The notes: generated by a model not told the origin, from the sequence alone. A stretch of DNA of 64,000 nucleotides from Balanoglossus misakiensis (GCA_040954595.2 CM082580.2:6827519-6891518), one strand, 5' to 3'; shown: positions 28,072 through 41,400, counted from the stretch's first letter. Translations and numbers: made by a program.

Positions 28072-30915
28072 TCATGTCCTTTGGTCTAGTTACAATTCCT
28101 TTTGATGACAGTGACTTCAGGCGCCAGTAGAGTATGACACACGCAAACAACACAGAAAATTTACGCTCATTGAAATTTTACTATTTCCATTTTATGAATG
28201 TATTGATGAGACACCGGGGCCCCGTATTATGTTTCGGCGTTCCGTCAGATGAAAGCAAATGTTACCATGGCAACTGGTTTGAGGTAATTGAGAGGACCTT
28301 TGACTCCATTGTTTATGAGTTGTTTTTGATAACGCGTTTAGTCTGACGCGTTTAATCAGGTGTAATGTCGGCTACGGCCGGTCGGTAACGATGCCGGAAG
28401 GAACATTTGGACGTTTCATTGTCCCCATCAGCAGGCCGGTGGGAGCGCCGCGAAATATTTATCGGGTCGAAGAATTACGATAATGGTGATTTTTACCGGT
28501 GTCAAGTGGTGCTAACCGCTGATAAAGCGGCTGTAATGTTCGCGGAAATGGAGAATTCCGGGAAAGTATATTGACAGGCGTCTAGCGGTAATCCTGAAAA
28601 ACAGCCGAACTCTTCACAAAGTATTATTGCAACCGCGTCGTCGTCTAGTTTCATTTCCATCCAGCCGTGTTTTTATCTTCGCCTCCCGGTTTGCCAATTC
28701 CGCCCGGGTTTCTGAGTTTGGCGAGTTCGCTACGCGCCTGAATAGCAATTGCGTGTTTTTTTTTACAAATTGCACATGTTTGACATGTGACAGCCGAGCA
28801 AATTAGGTGCAGACAGACAGACAGACAGACAGACAGGAGTTCGCGCCGTTTCAAGGTCGCCCTGCAATCCAAACGTTGACACGTATGATTCATATCTCAT
28901 TTATGGTTCCTTGATGAAGTCCATAATAAGTTCTAATCAAGAAGATGGCGAAGCGTCGCCGATGAGCTCAGAGATAAGTCTGCTTTTTACGACCTTCTAC
29001 AAGTCGAGCTTTCAGCGATGTCACAATTCTAAATTTAATACACCAATACACAGCAGAACCCATTAAATTCGGTCGAGAAAAGTTAATTACCCCATTTGAA
29101 AGTTGAAATACTTAGCAGACTCAAGAAACACTTTCAGAGTAATATTTCCATCGCTTTATCCACTACAAGCCATTTCCGTTTAGCTATTACCTTTTTTTCA
29201 ATTTACATGTGGTTGAATTGAATATTTCTACGAATATTTGGCTGCATGCGCTATGCAAGCCATTGTTTCCAGCTCTGCCCATGTGACGTGCGAATTCATA
29301 CCTGTACTGGAGTGTATAGCGATTAAAGTACAAACACAAGGCGTCTGTACTTATATGCATATGATACACACGAACGTAAGAGATTATTGCAAAGGAATTA
29401 CGGTTCTGCGTAAGAGATCACTGTAGGTCGAGTTATTTTCATAAGTTCACATTTTGTGCAAATGTAACAGGCCACATTCTTCCCGTGGTCACCTCGTATG
29501 TTGATAAAACCTGGTTTCAGTTTGACTAGCTTGTGATAAAATATGGCATTGATGGCAGATGTCGTAAAATGTATACGAGAGGTAAGCGTGGTGAAGGAAA
29601 TAACGCACGGGTGCCATATTTTGTTATTCCGGACAGATAGACGGACCCCTTGTGTTTCCAGGAATTCGCTTAGTATGTATTTTATCACAAGGTACTGACA
29701 GGACATTTGTACATTTGAGATATATGGAACTTCAATCTAGTTTTCCGACTACGCAATCGCGGAAGAATCTCACAGAATTTTTCTCGTACGTCCTAAGGGA
29801 GCTTTCAGTTATTATGAGAGGGTGGGCCGGGGGAAATTGGGGACGGGGGGTCATATTTTATATGATGGCCCGTCTCCAATGCCCCCCCCCCCCCCTGAGG
29901 CAGTGTATTCAAGCGAAATCCTGGAGGATTGCAAATAATACCGTTGTACAAGTCTGACGCGTATGATTTCAAGTAAACAACACACACATTTTCCTAGTGA
30001 TCATTATATATTCCCTGTTTTAAATGTAAAAAATATTAATGGAGTATTCTTGTTCTGTTCAAACAAGATACTTCTCTCCCACCATCCTCTCGTCTGTAGG
30101 TGGCGCTGTTGTAAAAATGTACATGCACATCTATACTAAACTTCAACGGTAGAATACATCATGTATACATGTAGACACACATAAAAGACATAGGCTTAGT
30201 ATTCAGTATGCAGTAGTTGTCGGGGACCGGATAAATGAATTCTGCCTCAATATACATGCGTTCAACTGACACCTGACGACACCAAAACAGCACTCTAAAG
30301 GAATTCTCTTACTAAAGTAATTATTTGCTAATCTGAGAAAAAAAGTTCCCTGTGTATAAAATACTGTATGGAACATGTGCAAACGCAAAAGTAATACATT
30401 TATCTCGGGATATTAATTTCGCGTTCGTGTATGTCCCCTGCTGAATTTCATGCCTTTGCTTGATAAAATCATGTATGTGAACTGATCTAACTTCTTGCCT
30501 CTAGATGGCGCGCTCGAGTTCAAAACGAGGCTGGGTCAAAGGTGAATGTTTAGCTCCCCAGCTGTCCACTAGATTCTGTGGCTCAAGGTGTTCCACTTTT
30601 TGGGTCGTGAGATCAAAATTATTCGATACGTTGGCCGAATGTAGCAGTAGGTAAGTCTCTCTAGAAACAATTAACGCATTTTTATTCTGTATCGTGCAAT
30701 CTTACCGTCAGTTTAGGTCCCTTCTTGCTCGTGTCATGTTGTTTTGTTGTGGTGGACCAACGCACAGGAGGAGGTACGTAACTGTACCGGGTATCCTAGG
30801 GTTGATTTAGGTTACGTCGGTCGCACCGAACACTCTGTATGTACACGTACATAGCAAACATAAAAGTAGAATGTCTAATTCTTTTTCCTGTCACTTTGAC
30901 TTTGCAATGAAGACC

Positions 30916-33460
30916 ATGGCCACTTTTGAGCTGGACCCGATATTCTTGAAGGGACTGACTCTCTTGCATTCGAAGAGTAAGGATGCGACAGAGCAGCTGA
31001 GGCAAATGGTTGATGATGTCATCGCTGCCTCCCAAGAAAAGAGTGACAAAACTACCAGTGAGACAAAGGTGAGTTTTGTTTCATTTCCTCCAGTTGTATT
31101 AAACCAAACACTGATTGACTATCACCTTCTCAGTGTACAGAAAAGTGACACTTATCTGATGACATGTAGTGTTGTATTTTTTGTCATAGGTCAAGTTTAG
31201 TGAATCAGAGTTCACACAAGACATTTCTTTTTATCAATTCCAAAATCTGTGTCTTGTTTCAGAGCGTTGAAGGCAAGTCGCAGACACTGAGCTCTAGGCC
31301 TTCAGCTTCCAGCCTGAGTAAGAAAGACTCCAGTCTGGGTAAATCCTCTGAGCATAAGAAAGAGGCCGAAAAAAGACCTGCAGAAAAGGTGAGAAATTTT
31401 AAATGGACTAGGTATAACAAGTAGAAGCTGTCTCGCAGTGTTTTATATGGAATGGACAAGTTGGCCACAGACATTGATAGAGATGCCCCAAACTCTGTTA
31501 TAAAGTCAAAATAGATTTTGGGTTATCGTTTGGGGATTTGCTTGTTGTCCATCCCCCCAAACCTGTGCAGTTTACTAAATGTCCCACATTCTGAATGACA
31601 GGTCAGGCACGACTCGTCGGACTTGCCCAGAGAAGCCAAGAAAGCCAAAATGGAAGAGACGGTGTCCAAACCCAAGACGACGGAATCTCTGTTCCTGAGG
31701 GAGGAAGACAGCAACGACGACAGCAACGATAAGACGGAGGACAGCACGGACGCGGACGACTTCGCCATGGAGATGGGGCTGGCCTGCGTGCTGTGTCGCC
31801 AGCTGGATGTTGCCCCCGGAAACCAACTGGTGGAATGCCAGGAATGTCATAACCTTTATCACCAGGTAAATTCTCTCTCTGGCAGTGTGGCTGGCTTGTA
31901 TTTGGATGTAGATGGCTAAGGGGTTCACTCTTCTCATTAGGTTCCTGTGATATTCATTGTATCTCAGAAACATGTCAGCTACTTTGTGTGTACTGTATTT
32001 ATCATGGGTTAGAGGTGTAGGACCCTTTGAGCTGCTCATTTTTGCCCTTGTTAACCTGAGATCTCACCCTCGATTTCCAACCCGTCCCTTATTACAGCTG
32101 ATAATGTCTGTATACACATTACCAACGCGTATCATCCTGACAGTAGACTTGGCTCCTAGGTACATGTATATAACACTTGTTTGCATACCCAAGAACTTGT
32201 CTACAGAAAGTCTTACATTACTCTATTGTATGCACAGAAATGTCATAAGCCACCGGCAAGCGAAGCTGATGTCAATGATCCAAGAGTTGTGTGGTACTGT
32301 GCAAGGTGTAGTCGGAATCTGAAAAAAATGGTAAGTTACACAATGTGCTCATTCAATCTTTTTTTGGCAATGACTTACAACCAGTTTTCATACTTTTAAT
32401 GGACAGTGATAATTCTAATAAATTTTGCATCAGGGGATAGAGTTTGCTGGGATATGGTGGCAATCTAGAGCACCATTCTGCACAATTCTACACTTTTATG
32501 TTCATTTGTGAAACAAGGGCTTTCTATGGTTCTATGTTAACGCATACCATAACCAACCAAGTGATACAGTCTCCAGGTGTCTCTTCTTGCAGTAGTCAAG
32601 ACATGACTTTCATTGTGCCTTTATTTCCTGCAGGCAACCAAACAGAAAACCAAAGCCTCAGGGTCTAAGGACTCCAGTAAAAAGGCAGACGAGAGAAAAA
32701 AGGCGGAAACGACAGTTATGCCGTTCAAGAGGACAGAGACCAGCATAGGAACCAACAAGGTGGGAACCATATATTGTAAACAGGGTTTGAATCAGCATGC
32801 TGTTTCAAACATTTCTATAAAATAGTTAAAGGGAGTGATCATCAAGGACGATTTTTGCATAGATGTCTTCCAGGAATTTAGTTAGTCTTAAGAAGTTGTT
32901 TTCACCAACCACAAGTCGATCGTTTTCGCTGAAATCAAAGAAAAGAAGTGAATTTGTAAGGCTTCAAAATAGTGCATTGTGGGGGAAAAGCGCCAAGTGT
33001 AACTTTTGTACCATGTGACCTGGTCTCAAACATTGTCTCAACAATCTTTCCACCTTTCATTTTGTTTCCTCAGGCGTCAGCAGCTCCAGTGCCAAGCAGT
33101 CACCAGCCACTGGTCGGTTTGGCCAGCCTGGCTGCGAATCTTAGCGGGAAGTCAAACAGCTCTAAGCTGTCGTCGTCGTCTAGCAGCAACAAATCCCTGG
33201 CCTCGGGTTCGCTGAAGTCCTCCGCTAGCGTTTCCTCAGGCAAGGGCGCGCTGCCCCAGTCCCTGAAGACTAGCAGTTCCGCGCCTGTGATCGCCCCCAG
33301 CAAACCGCTGCTAGCGCCCTCTATCAGCAAACCGGTGGTGCCGCCGCCGACCAAGGGCAGCAGCAGCAGCGTGGCCAGGGGATCGGTGTCGGGTGCCACA
33401 AGCACGGCCAATGCCATGAAAAGGCTACAGATGATGAAGAAAAAAGCGGCTAAGAGATGA
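30916..33460 (+). CDS. INTS12: Integrator complex subunit 12 (PHD finger), 6 coding exons
   Basis: Exons 30916-31068 ([36 protein letters not shown], the INTS12 N-terminal microdomain), 31263-31388, 31602-31865 ([39 protein letters not shown]), 32238-32330 (KCHKPP...[11 protein letters not shown]), 32634-32759 and 33074-33460 (Ser-rich, ending [15 protein letters not shown]). All are phase 0, GT-AG. A probable non-coding first exon ends at 30650 (GTAAGT at 30651). Confidence 0.95.
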
Positions 33461-34881
33461 AAAATAAAACAGGCGTTGGTGGAAACACCTCGGTCAGTGT
33501 AGATGACCGTTTACAACAAATTAAAGTGAAATGTTAAGATTCTGTATAATGAGTACAGAATCACAGCATAAGTATAGTATTTTGACATGTGGCTGGTCAG
33601 AATGGACTTTTTGGTTATTTTTGCTACTCATGGACTGTATCTGTCTTTGGAACTGTCAAAATAAATTTAGGATATATAATCAGTGAAGTTGGAAGTACTG
33701 TCAATACAATACGAGGGCGGGTGACAACATTGAAAAGAAGAGGAAAGTTTTCCAGGTCAGGCACGTCAGAGGCAATCTTGTGTGTCGTGCACACTAGTGA
33801 ATGTATAGATGCGTGGGCCTACGTCACGACCGTACAATAAAAACTCAGGCCGGACCTTCCCCGCTCGCAATAGTACTGAAACCTGTCACCATATTAAACA
33901 TACAGCATATCTGATAGCTGCGATTTTCAATTCCCGCTTCCTTGTTCCTTGTCGGAAGAAGTGACCTTCGGCAGTCGGGCAAAATGGTAGATGGTATTGT
34001 ATATGAGGAAATGGCGTCCCTTGCATGTACATATCCAGACAAACCAAAGACAGAGAAATATTCCGTGGGCAAACTTGGGCTAGCTTCAGTGCTTGTCTCT
34101 TTTAACGTCACTCAGAAAGGTTTTTGCAAGCGCTGTGAATGTGAAGTGATGCCTTAAAATCCCAAAACGTCGTAAGTCATATTTAACTGTCTCCTGTAAA
34201 TACCAAAGCTTCCTCTTTAGGGGTGGGCGATTTTACAACGGGTGGGGGACATTTTTGGGGAAAATATTCCGAGAGGATTATGAATCTTGTTATGTCATAT
34301 TTATGTCCCTCTTCCAATAATTAATCGAATGTCCGAGGTCGAATGGAGTGTAGAATTCAAATTCTTCATGTGCCAAAAGTCATAAATGGGCACTTGTGGA
34401 TTATATGCATTTTGGGTGTACCCTCTGACTAGTAAAACTTTGGACTCGCAGGCCATCCACATTGTTGTGTTAGACATGTCGGTACTTGTCGAGGTATTAA
34501 AGTATGCGTTTCTGGCCAAGGCGAGTATATCGTGGATGGTTATTTGCAACGAATATAGCCGCAAAACAAGCTAGACCTTAGATACGCCCGATGACTCCTA
34601 ATATGAACTTCCGTCTTTACGATTATTGGCCAGTTAAATATCTAGATAATCATTTGTTGTGAATTGTAATTGGATATAATAAGGACGTAGGAGGTTTTTA
34701 TGCTAGCAGGAAATGCGTGTTATGATGAGATAGATTTGAGGGGAATTTCCAGAACTGAGAGTAGGCCTACATTTATTAAAGTACGAAGGTTGAAACCATC
34801 CGTATTAGTCCTGCAATCCACGCGTAGAGCGACAGGGCTCTCTCATAGCTGGCAGGTTGTTTTTTGTTTGCCTCTGCAAAT

Positions 34882-37161
34882 ATGTGTAACACAGAATCAC
34901 AGCGTGACGGGGAGTGGGAATATGTGATACGGGAGGACTTTTTGACGTGCGCGCTTTGCTCTGGTGTCTTCGAGAACCCGCGAACTTTGCCGTGTCTCCA
35001 CAGTTTCTGCGAAAGCTGCCTCGACGACGCTCCGAATAATCGTGGAAGCGGTGGTGGACGGCCTGCGTGTCCGACGTGCAACAGGTGTTACCGCGCCGAT
35101 GATGGTCAGCCGCCGAGAACGGATTACTTTTTGGCTTCGTTGGCGGAATGCTTTCGGCATCTCAGAAGCCGGGACTTCGTCGCGGGCGGGGGACAGTGCA
35201 CGGCGTGCGGGAACAAACCGCGGACCGTCGCTTGCGGCGGCTGCTCCATGCGCATGTGCCCGGGATGTGCCGCCAGCCACATAAACCAAAATCCGCCGAG
35301 AAACCACAGACTGTTCCTCGTCGAAGCAAACGCGGCCGGACAGTTTAACGACAACATGGTCAGACCAAACCGGGAAAAGTTCAAGATCTGTTGCAGTCGG
35401 CATGCCGATTGCGAGATCCAGTCGTTTTGCTTTACCTGTGACGTAGCCACGTGTTCGAGGTGCGCGCTCGGAGATCACAGCAGCCCCGGCCACGAAGTCT
35501 CGTTCATGGCGGGGGTGACAAGACTAAAACAACGCGACCTGGTCGAAACTATGAAGCTCCTGCGATCACAAACACAGCAAATAAGGGATGGGATCGCGGC
35601 CGCGAAACAAGAAGTAGAAAAGGTCAAAGAACATCAGACGGAGGCGGAGAACAGGATCGATCTCCAGGCCAAAAATCTGATCGACCAAATCCTGACCATG
35701 AAAGAACGGGCGCAGGAGAAAGTTAGAGATCTGGCACATCTGAAATCAGAGACTCTCCGGAATCAGATCAACGATCTTGAGAAGCAAGATTTGACGATTC
35801 GGAGCGCCCAGACGTTCGCAAACGCTGTGTTGAAGTATGCCAATCCTTCAGAATACCTGACGTCGGGAAAGTTGGTAACCAGTCGCATCCAGCAGCTGGT
35901 CGACGAAGAGATGCAGTGCGTTCCGAAAGAGGCGGGCGACTTCGAATTCGAGTTGGACGACACTCCGCTGCTGCACAAATTCGGGCGACTGAGAACCACG
36001 TCTGCCACCGGCGACAACTCGACCGCCACCCGGGTGAAGAGCTTGTTCCGAGTCGGGGAAGAGCAGCGCATCGTCGTCACCACCAGAAACCGCGGCAACC
36101 AAGCCGTCTCCGCATACGGCGCGGTCACGGCGGAACTCTCTTGCCCTAGCGGAAAGACGAAAGAACTGGACGTGACGACTGACTGCCTCGACATGTCGCA
36201 CACCGCGACGCTGCGTTTCAACGAGGAGGGAAAGTATTCCCTCGCCGTAAGCGTGGGCGGGTTCCCGATAAACGGTTCCCCGTTCACCATCAAAGTCTTA
36301 CCAAGGCAAGGTACAGTCAAGGAGTACGCAGGGAAGACGTCCGCAATCGCGGACACGCCACCGTCCGTTGGCGGGCTAGCCATGGACCACAGAAACCACG
36401 TAGTCCTGGCCGACAAACGGAACGGCCAGCTCCAAATACTGGACTCTTTCGGCAACTACGCCGGCTCCGTGAACTTTTCTGATTTTCCGAGGCCGTTCGC
36501 CCCGAATGGCGTTGCAGTCTCGGACGACGGGCAGTACTTTGTGACGGACGGTACCAACAAGCAAGTGGTCGTTTGGAGCGAGAAGGACGAGCTCGTCCGG
36601 ACATTCGGCAAGGGGAAACTGAACAATCCGCAGAGCATCGCGCTCGCAAAGGACGGGTACGTTCTCGTCACCGACTGGCACGCCATGCAGAGAAAGCACT
36701 GCATCAAGAAGTTCACCAGGGACGGCAATCTGGTCCGAGTGTACTGCGCCAACAACAGGACCTTCAAGAAACCCAGCTCGGTCCGCGTGAACTCCAAGAA
36801 CCAGATCGTCGTGTCCGACACCGGCAACCACAGAGTGGTCGTCTTGGAGACGGACGGCCGGCGCGTCTCCTCATTTGGCTCGACGGCGCCGTCACATGAC
36901 GACGGCCAACCCCTCGCCAGCCCCCGCGGCATCGACGTGGACGATAACGACGACGTCTACGTCTGCGACTACGGCAACGACAGGGTCAGCCAGTACGACT
37001 CGAAGGGGAATTTCGTCCGTCACGCCGTGCATTCATCCCCGGAACTCGCCAAACCCACCAACGTTGCCGTCAGCAAGTACGGGCCGCGCCGGATTGCAGT
37101 TACCATGGAAACGACTGAAAACGGGGAGAGCTTCAACATAGCAAAAGTATTCTACGTGTAA
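34882..37161 (+). CDS. Intronless TRIM-NHL E3 ubiquitin ligase (TRIM2/3/71-like architecture: RING, 2 B-boxes, coiled coil, filamin, NHL repeats)
   Basis: Single 759-aa ORF from the ATG at 34882. C3HC4 RING CALC...PCLHSFCESC...CPTC; B-box CSRH...FCFTCDVATCSRCALGDH; coiled coil; filamin-like GKYSLAVSVGGFPINGSPFTIKV; NHL repeats (PNGVAVSDDGQYFVTD, PSSVRVNSKNQIVVSDTGNHRV, PRGIDVDDNDDVYVCDYGNDRV). Confidence 0.92.
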   Translation: MCNTESQRDGEWEYVIREDFLTCALCSGVFENPRTLPCLHSFCESCLDDAPNNRGSGGGRPACPTCNRCYRADDGQPPRTDYFLASLAECFRHLRSRDFVAGGGQCTACGNKPRTVACGGCSMRMCPGCAASHINQNPPRNHRLFLVEANAAGQFNDNMVRPNREKFKICCSRHADCEIQSFCFTCDVATCSRCALGDHSSPGHEVSFMAGVTRLKQRDLVETMKLLRSQTQQIRDGIAAAKQEVEKVKEHQTEAENRIDLQAKNLIDQILTMKERAQEKVRDLAHLKSETLRNQINDLEKQDLTIRSAQTFANAVLKYANPSEYLTSGKLVTSRIQQLVDEEMQCVPKEAGDFEFELDDTPLLHKFGRLRTTSATGDNSTATRVKSLFRVGEEQRIVVTTRNRGNQAVSAYGAVTAELSCPSGKTKELDVTTDCLDMSHTATLRFNEEGKYSLAVSVGGFPINGSPFTIKVLPRQGTVKEYAGKTSAIADTPPSVGGLAMDHRNHVVLADKRNGQLQILDSFGNYAGSVNFSDFPRPFAPNGVAVSDDGQYFVTDGTNKQVVVWSEKDELVRTFGKGKLNNPQSIALAKDGYVLVTDWHAMQRKHCIKKFTRDGNLVRVYCANNRTFKKPSSVRVNSKNQIVVSDTGNHRVVVLETDGRRVSSFGSTAPSHDDGQPLASPRGIDVDDNDDVYVCDYGNDRVSQYDSKGNFVRHAVHSSPELAKPTNVAVSKYGPRRIAVTMETTENGESFNIAKVFYV

Positions 37162-37823
37162 AGACTATGCCCTAGTGCCCAAACAGCTGGTGGAGTCGAT
37201 GCGTGATCATTTTGAACCCCTAAATACGTTTTCGTACACTTCTCATGGGATTTTTCAAATGTACTCAGTACAGGAAATATATATTTTTATAAAATAGTGG
37301 CTATAATGAAATTATAGGGGTTTCCAGTATAAATCATTTACAAATTAAAACTGTTTCCTCGTATGTATGTTCCCTATCAATGATTGTCGTTGATGCTCCT
37401 CCCTCAGTCACCATGTTTTACATCGTGAGCTAATTTCTTTTTCGAAAATAAAATCCAGAATAAGATTGCCTCACAAATAAATCAGCAGTCATATTACTGT
37501 ATTTGTATAAGTTTATTCAATCTATCTCGCTTCGTAGTTTGTCTATGTAAAACATCTAAATACAACTTCGGTTTTGAAAAACAGCAATATACATAAAAAA
37601 TTATGCACACACAGTTCGTGTCAAAGTTCCCAGCTGGTTCTGTGTCCAGACAGACGACAAAAGTTTCGAAAAGATCAGATATTGAGAGTTCTAGTCTTCT
37701 GGTATTGATGTCGCCATCACAGACCATCCAGGAGATTGAAGAGGTTTTTCTTTGATGTCTTTGAGGGTGGTACTGCTCAACCAATCATTAGGCCTATTTC
37801 TTGATTTTCACGATCTTCTTCCC

Positions 37824-38130
37824 CTATGCCCACAGTAAGCTCAGAAGCGTTGGTTCCGGCATGCCAGGGTCTGGACCTCTCTTGAATCCTGAGAGTGGCA
37901 GATGAAGACATATACTGATCAGAGTGGACATCGTGTCAGAATGTAACACAAAACCGACCCAAACATAACATTACATTTGGACGAGCGCCCTCACGTCACC
38001 TCGCATATCGAACAGGATAACACTTACCGAGGTACAGAATCAAGGGTATATATCCCCACTGGAACACCGTCGTCGAGACCTTCCACACGGCAGAAATCCT
38101 CTTCTTTGTTTCTGGCTGAAGTTTCACCAT
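37824..38130 (-). CDS. TOMM7: Mitochondrial import receptor subunit TOM7, 2 coding exons
   Basis: 38130-38028 MVKLQPETKKRISAVWKVSTTVFQWGYIPLILYL joined in phase 1 to 37888-37824 GFKRGPDPGMPEPTLLSLLWA*, giving 55 aa with the diagnostic TOM7 C-terminus. Confidence 0.96.
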
Positions 38131-38448
38131 CTTGATCTCTACGAACGGTTGTAATTCTGCTAGATTTCGTACGATACCTTCCACGTGTGATCGATATCTC
38201 CTTCGCCGTCCGCGTCTGTCCGTGGGAATGAATTCTGTAGATTGCAGACAATAGATTCGGCTGGAGAAAATCCGAAATAATAACAACGCAATAAATAAGT
38301 GATTTTTTCTGATGTTTCCTTGCAAAATCAATTAAAACAAAAAATAACTGAAGTAATTAGATAGAGTAAAAATAGCGTTCATATTATTTTCGGTAAGTTC
38401 GAATAAGTGATTTTGGAATGACGTGCTGTATTTTAAAGTTAAACAAAG
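38131..38448. promoter_or_regulatory. Probable bidirectional promoter, TOMM7/WDR75
   Basis: The divergent start codons are only 318 bp apart. A YY1-like AAGATGGCG overlaps the WDR75 ATG. Confidence 0.7.
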
Positions 38449-41400
38449 ATGGCGACGACCACGCCGTACCGAGTGACCATGTGCGGAGGGGCTGATTTCA
38501 CAACCGAACGGACTATTTTCTCATCTGATTCACGGTAAATAGCACTTATTCAGAAACAAATGATTAAAACTAGAAAGCTGTGAAGTTTTGACAAATGGTA
38601 CGTCCGTGCTGTGCGCCGGAGGTATATTTGCACGGGTCGGTGCTTTACCGTGGCGTTACACGTTAACGTGTCGCCTGCAGTCGACGTCTGTGCAGTGGGC
38701 TTTGAATGGAACACGAGTCGACCGCTATTTTCGCACCTAACAGGTGCGTGGATTGAACAGAAAGTCACACCATGGAGGTGGGGTTATAGGCGCACGTCTG
38801 CTGGGTAGTGTCACTTGTTGTGCTTCTAGCACTTTTGCACCAGTGGCTGGGGTCACACAGGCAGTGAAATCAACTACGAAAACAGAATGATTGCAGCTGG
38901 TTGAAAGTAACGGTTTACTGTATATGAGGCCATTACAGATCAGGATAAGGGATTTTGGAGAATTCTCAATGATTCTCCCAGATACCTTTTGTCAGTTCCT
39001 GTATTGGTCCATTTATAAACAACAACAATTACATTCTCACGAGGGGGAAAATATAACATAAGCCTCAATTCATTTCTTCCCAGGTATCTCATATGTTGCT
39101 GTGGCCATGACGTCAATGTTCTCAGTATTGCCAGCGGTGACTGTCTTCATAAGTTGAAAGGCCATACTGACAGCGTCACAAGCGTAGCAATAAACTCCCA
39201 GAATCACCTTCAGGTAAGATTTGGCATTTGCTTTTAAATCAAGATTCAAATGATTTTTATTAGTGGCTGAATGCCATGAACATTATCTTTCTTGTCTGAA
39301 ATCGAGGTCTTCCTTTGAAATCTATCAAAGCAAGGTTTCGACTTCAGCAGTACCTCACTAAGCACAGTGGTGAGAAATTTTCTTGGTCAATTGTACACAT
39401 ATCTACGGTAAATGCATTGCCACACAGAAAAGATGTTTCTGAGTTTTATTTGATATCTTGCAGTTATTTACAAGTTCACTGGATGGTACAGTAAAACAGT
39501 GGGACTATAATGATGGTATACTTTTAAAGGTAAGAAATCACACACATCAAAAAGTGACATTTTATTTCAAGTTGGTATTTGCATCACCAAGAACTGTTAT
39601 AAACCATTTTGAAAAGTGTGCTTGTGATTTTCCTGTTGGTTTGACAGAGAATGTGTAATCACTCTTCTGCTTTTTTGTCTTTCAGACATACAGAATTGGA
39701 AAACCTGTATTTTCACTTTATTCACCTGTAAAAAGCAAGAGAATATTTATCCTCTTACAAGGTAGGATTTCGTGTGAATCATGCAACTTGGCAGCAAAGC
39801 TTGACATCAGTGGATTACTAGTATTCAATGGAAATCGTGGTGTAGAACTTTCAACAGTTTTCATATGATCATGTGCAGTGCTTGAAATAGTGCTAATGAT
39901 GATGATGATGATTAATATTAATATTTCACAGAGACTATTGGCAGTCAAAAATTCAAACCTGCTAAGACAAACACCAAGGCGACATACTGCCTCAAGTCTA
40001 TCAGTTTACCCAAGTCAACAGACCATATAGTTCCAGTGGGAGCCACGACGTCACCATCAGTTCTGTGGGGGATCGACAAACAGCAGAAGAAAATAGCATT
40101 CGGAGTGGATTGTCAGTATGTGGTGGCGGTGCAGGGTCACAATATCTACATCAACTTCTTCCAAAATACAGAAGAATCTAAGAAAAGTCGGTAAGTACCG
40201 GTGTGTCTCAGAGTGTCATGACTGTTACGTCACGCCAAAACCTGTACTGAAAGAAAACACAGAGATTCTCTCATGGTCCCCTTGCTTGATATATGAATGC
40301 TAATACTTGTATACTTCTGACTGTCTTGCCCACTCAGGTACTTGTAGTAAGTAGGTGGCATTAACAGGTACTGGTGGTTAATTGGGTTGCTAATTACAAT
40401 ACCGCCAAAGATCCATTGGTGAATGTGATCATGTAATCCTAATCTGATTCACTGACAAAAAATGAATGTGTGCTTTCTCCACAGCTTTGTACATAATACA
40501 AGGTTCACCTGTGTGGCCTGCCATCCCACGGAGTACTGCATTGCCACCGGCGACACCATTGGTCAGCTGACACTCTGGAGGAACTTTGACGGCACCGAGC
40601 GGGAGCTTTCGAAGCACAAAAACCAGTGGCACGCCCTGAGGTTGGAAGATGTGTGCTTCACCACTGGGGGTGAGTTGCATTTCCTATTGGCTTTTTGTCT
40701 TTTCTGTGTCGCTACATGTCCAAGTTACCCTTTGAACCAAGGTCAGACAAACTGGTTTCGAAAACCTTTATCACCACCGAAGTACATGACATGGTTAGCT
40801 TTAGGACAAGAACTTGTTGGGGGAAAAAAATAATTCCAGTTTATGTCTCTGACTGGTTTCTATGTTTCTCTGTACACTTAACAGGTTCATACATTTTCAC
40901 GGTGGGACACGAGTGCACAGTTGTGCAGTGGCAATTCACGACCAACAGCAAGAACTTCCTACCCAGGTTAGGGGCTCCAATACACCAAGTGTCGTGTTCA
41001 CCCGACAACACGATGATCGCAACCAGCCACAAAGACAATGGTAAGATAACCAATCCACACACCGCTGATTGGAGTCATTTAACACTCATTGAAATAGAAC
41101 GGACTAACGTGAGCTACAAGTATCAGCCCAAATTATCCAGACAGCAAACCAGGCCAAATTTTGACTATTGCGACTCTGTGACCACCACTTATTGTACATT
41201 GCTGGTATGCACCTCAACATTTTTTTTCTGACATTCCCTGCCTGTATCTAGTAAGATGAGAAGTGCCACACGCATGCTGTGTGACTCAGCAATCTATTTC
41301 ACGACCGTGTCTTTTCTTTTCTCACCAGTTGTTCACGTCATATGCAACAAGGAAGTGGTGCAGACGTTCCAGGGTCTGACGAGGGCCTTCCTCCCTCAGC

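Noticed and set aside
34897-36932. Several long antisense or alternative-frame ORFs over the TRIM gene, and likewise over the EctD copies
   Set aside because: These are shadow ORFs expected from GC-rich codon usage of the real CDS.
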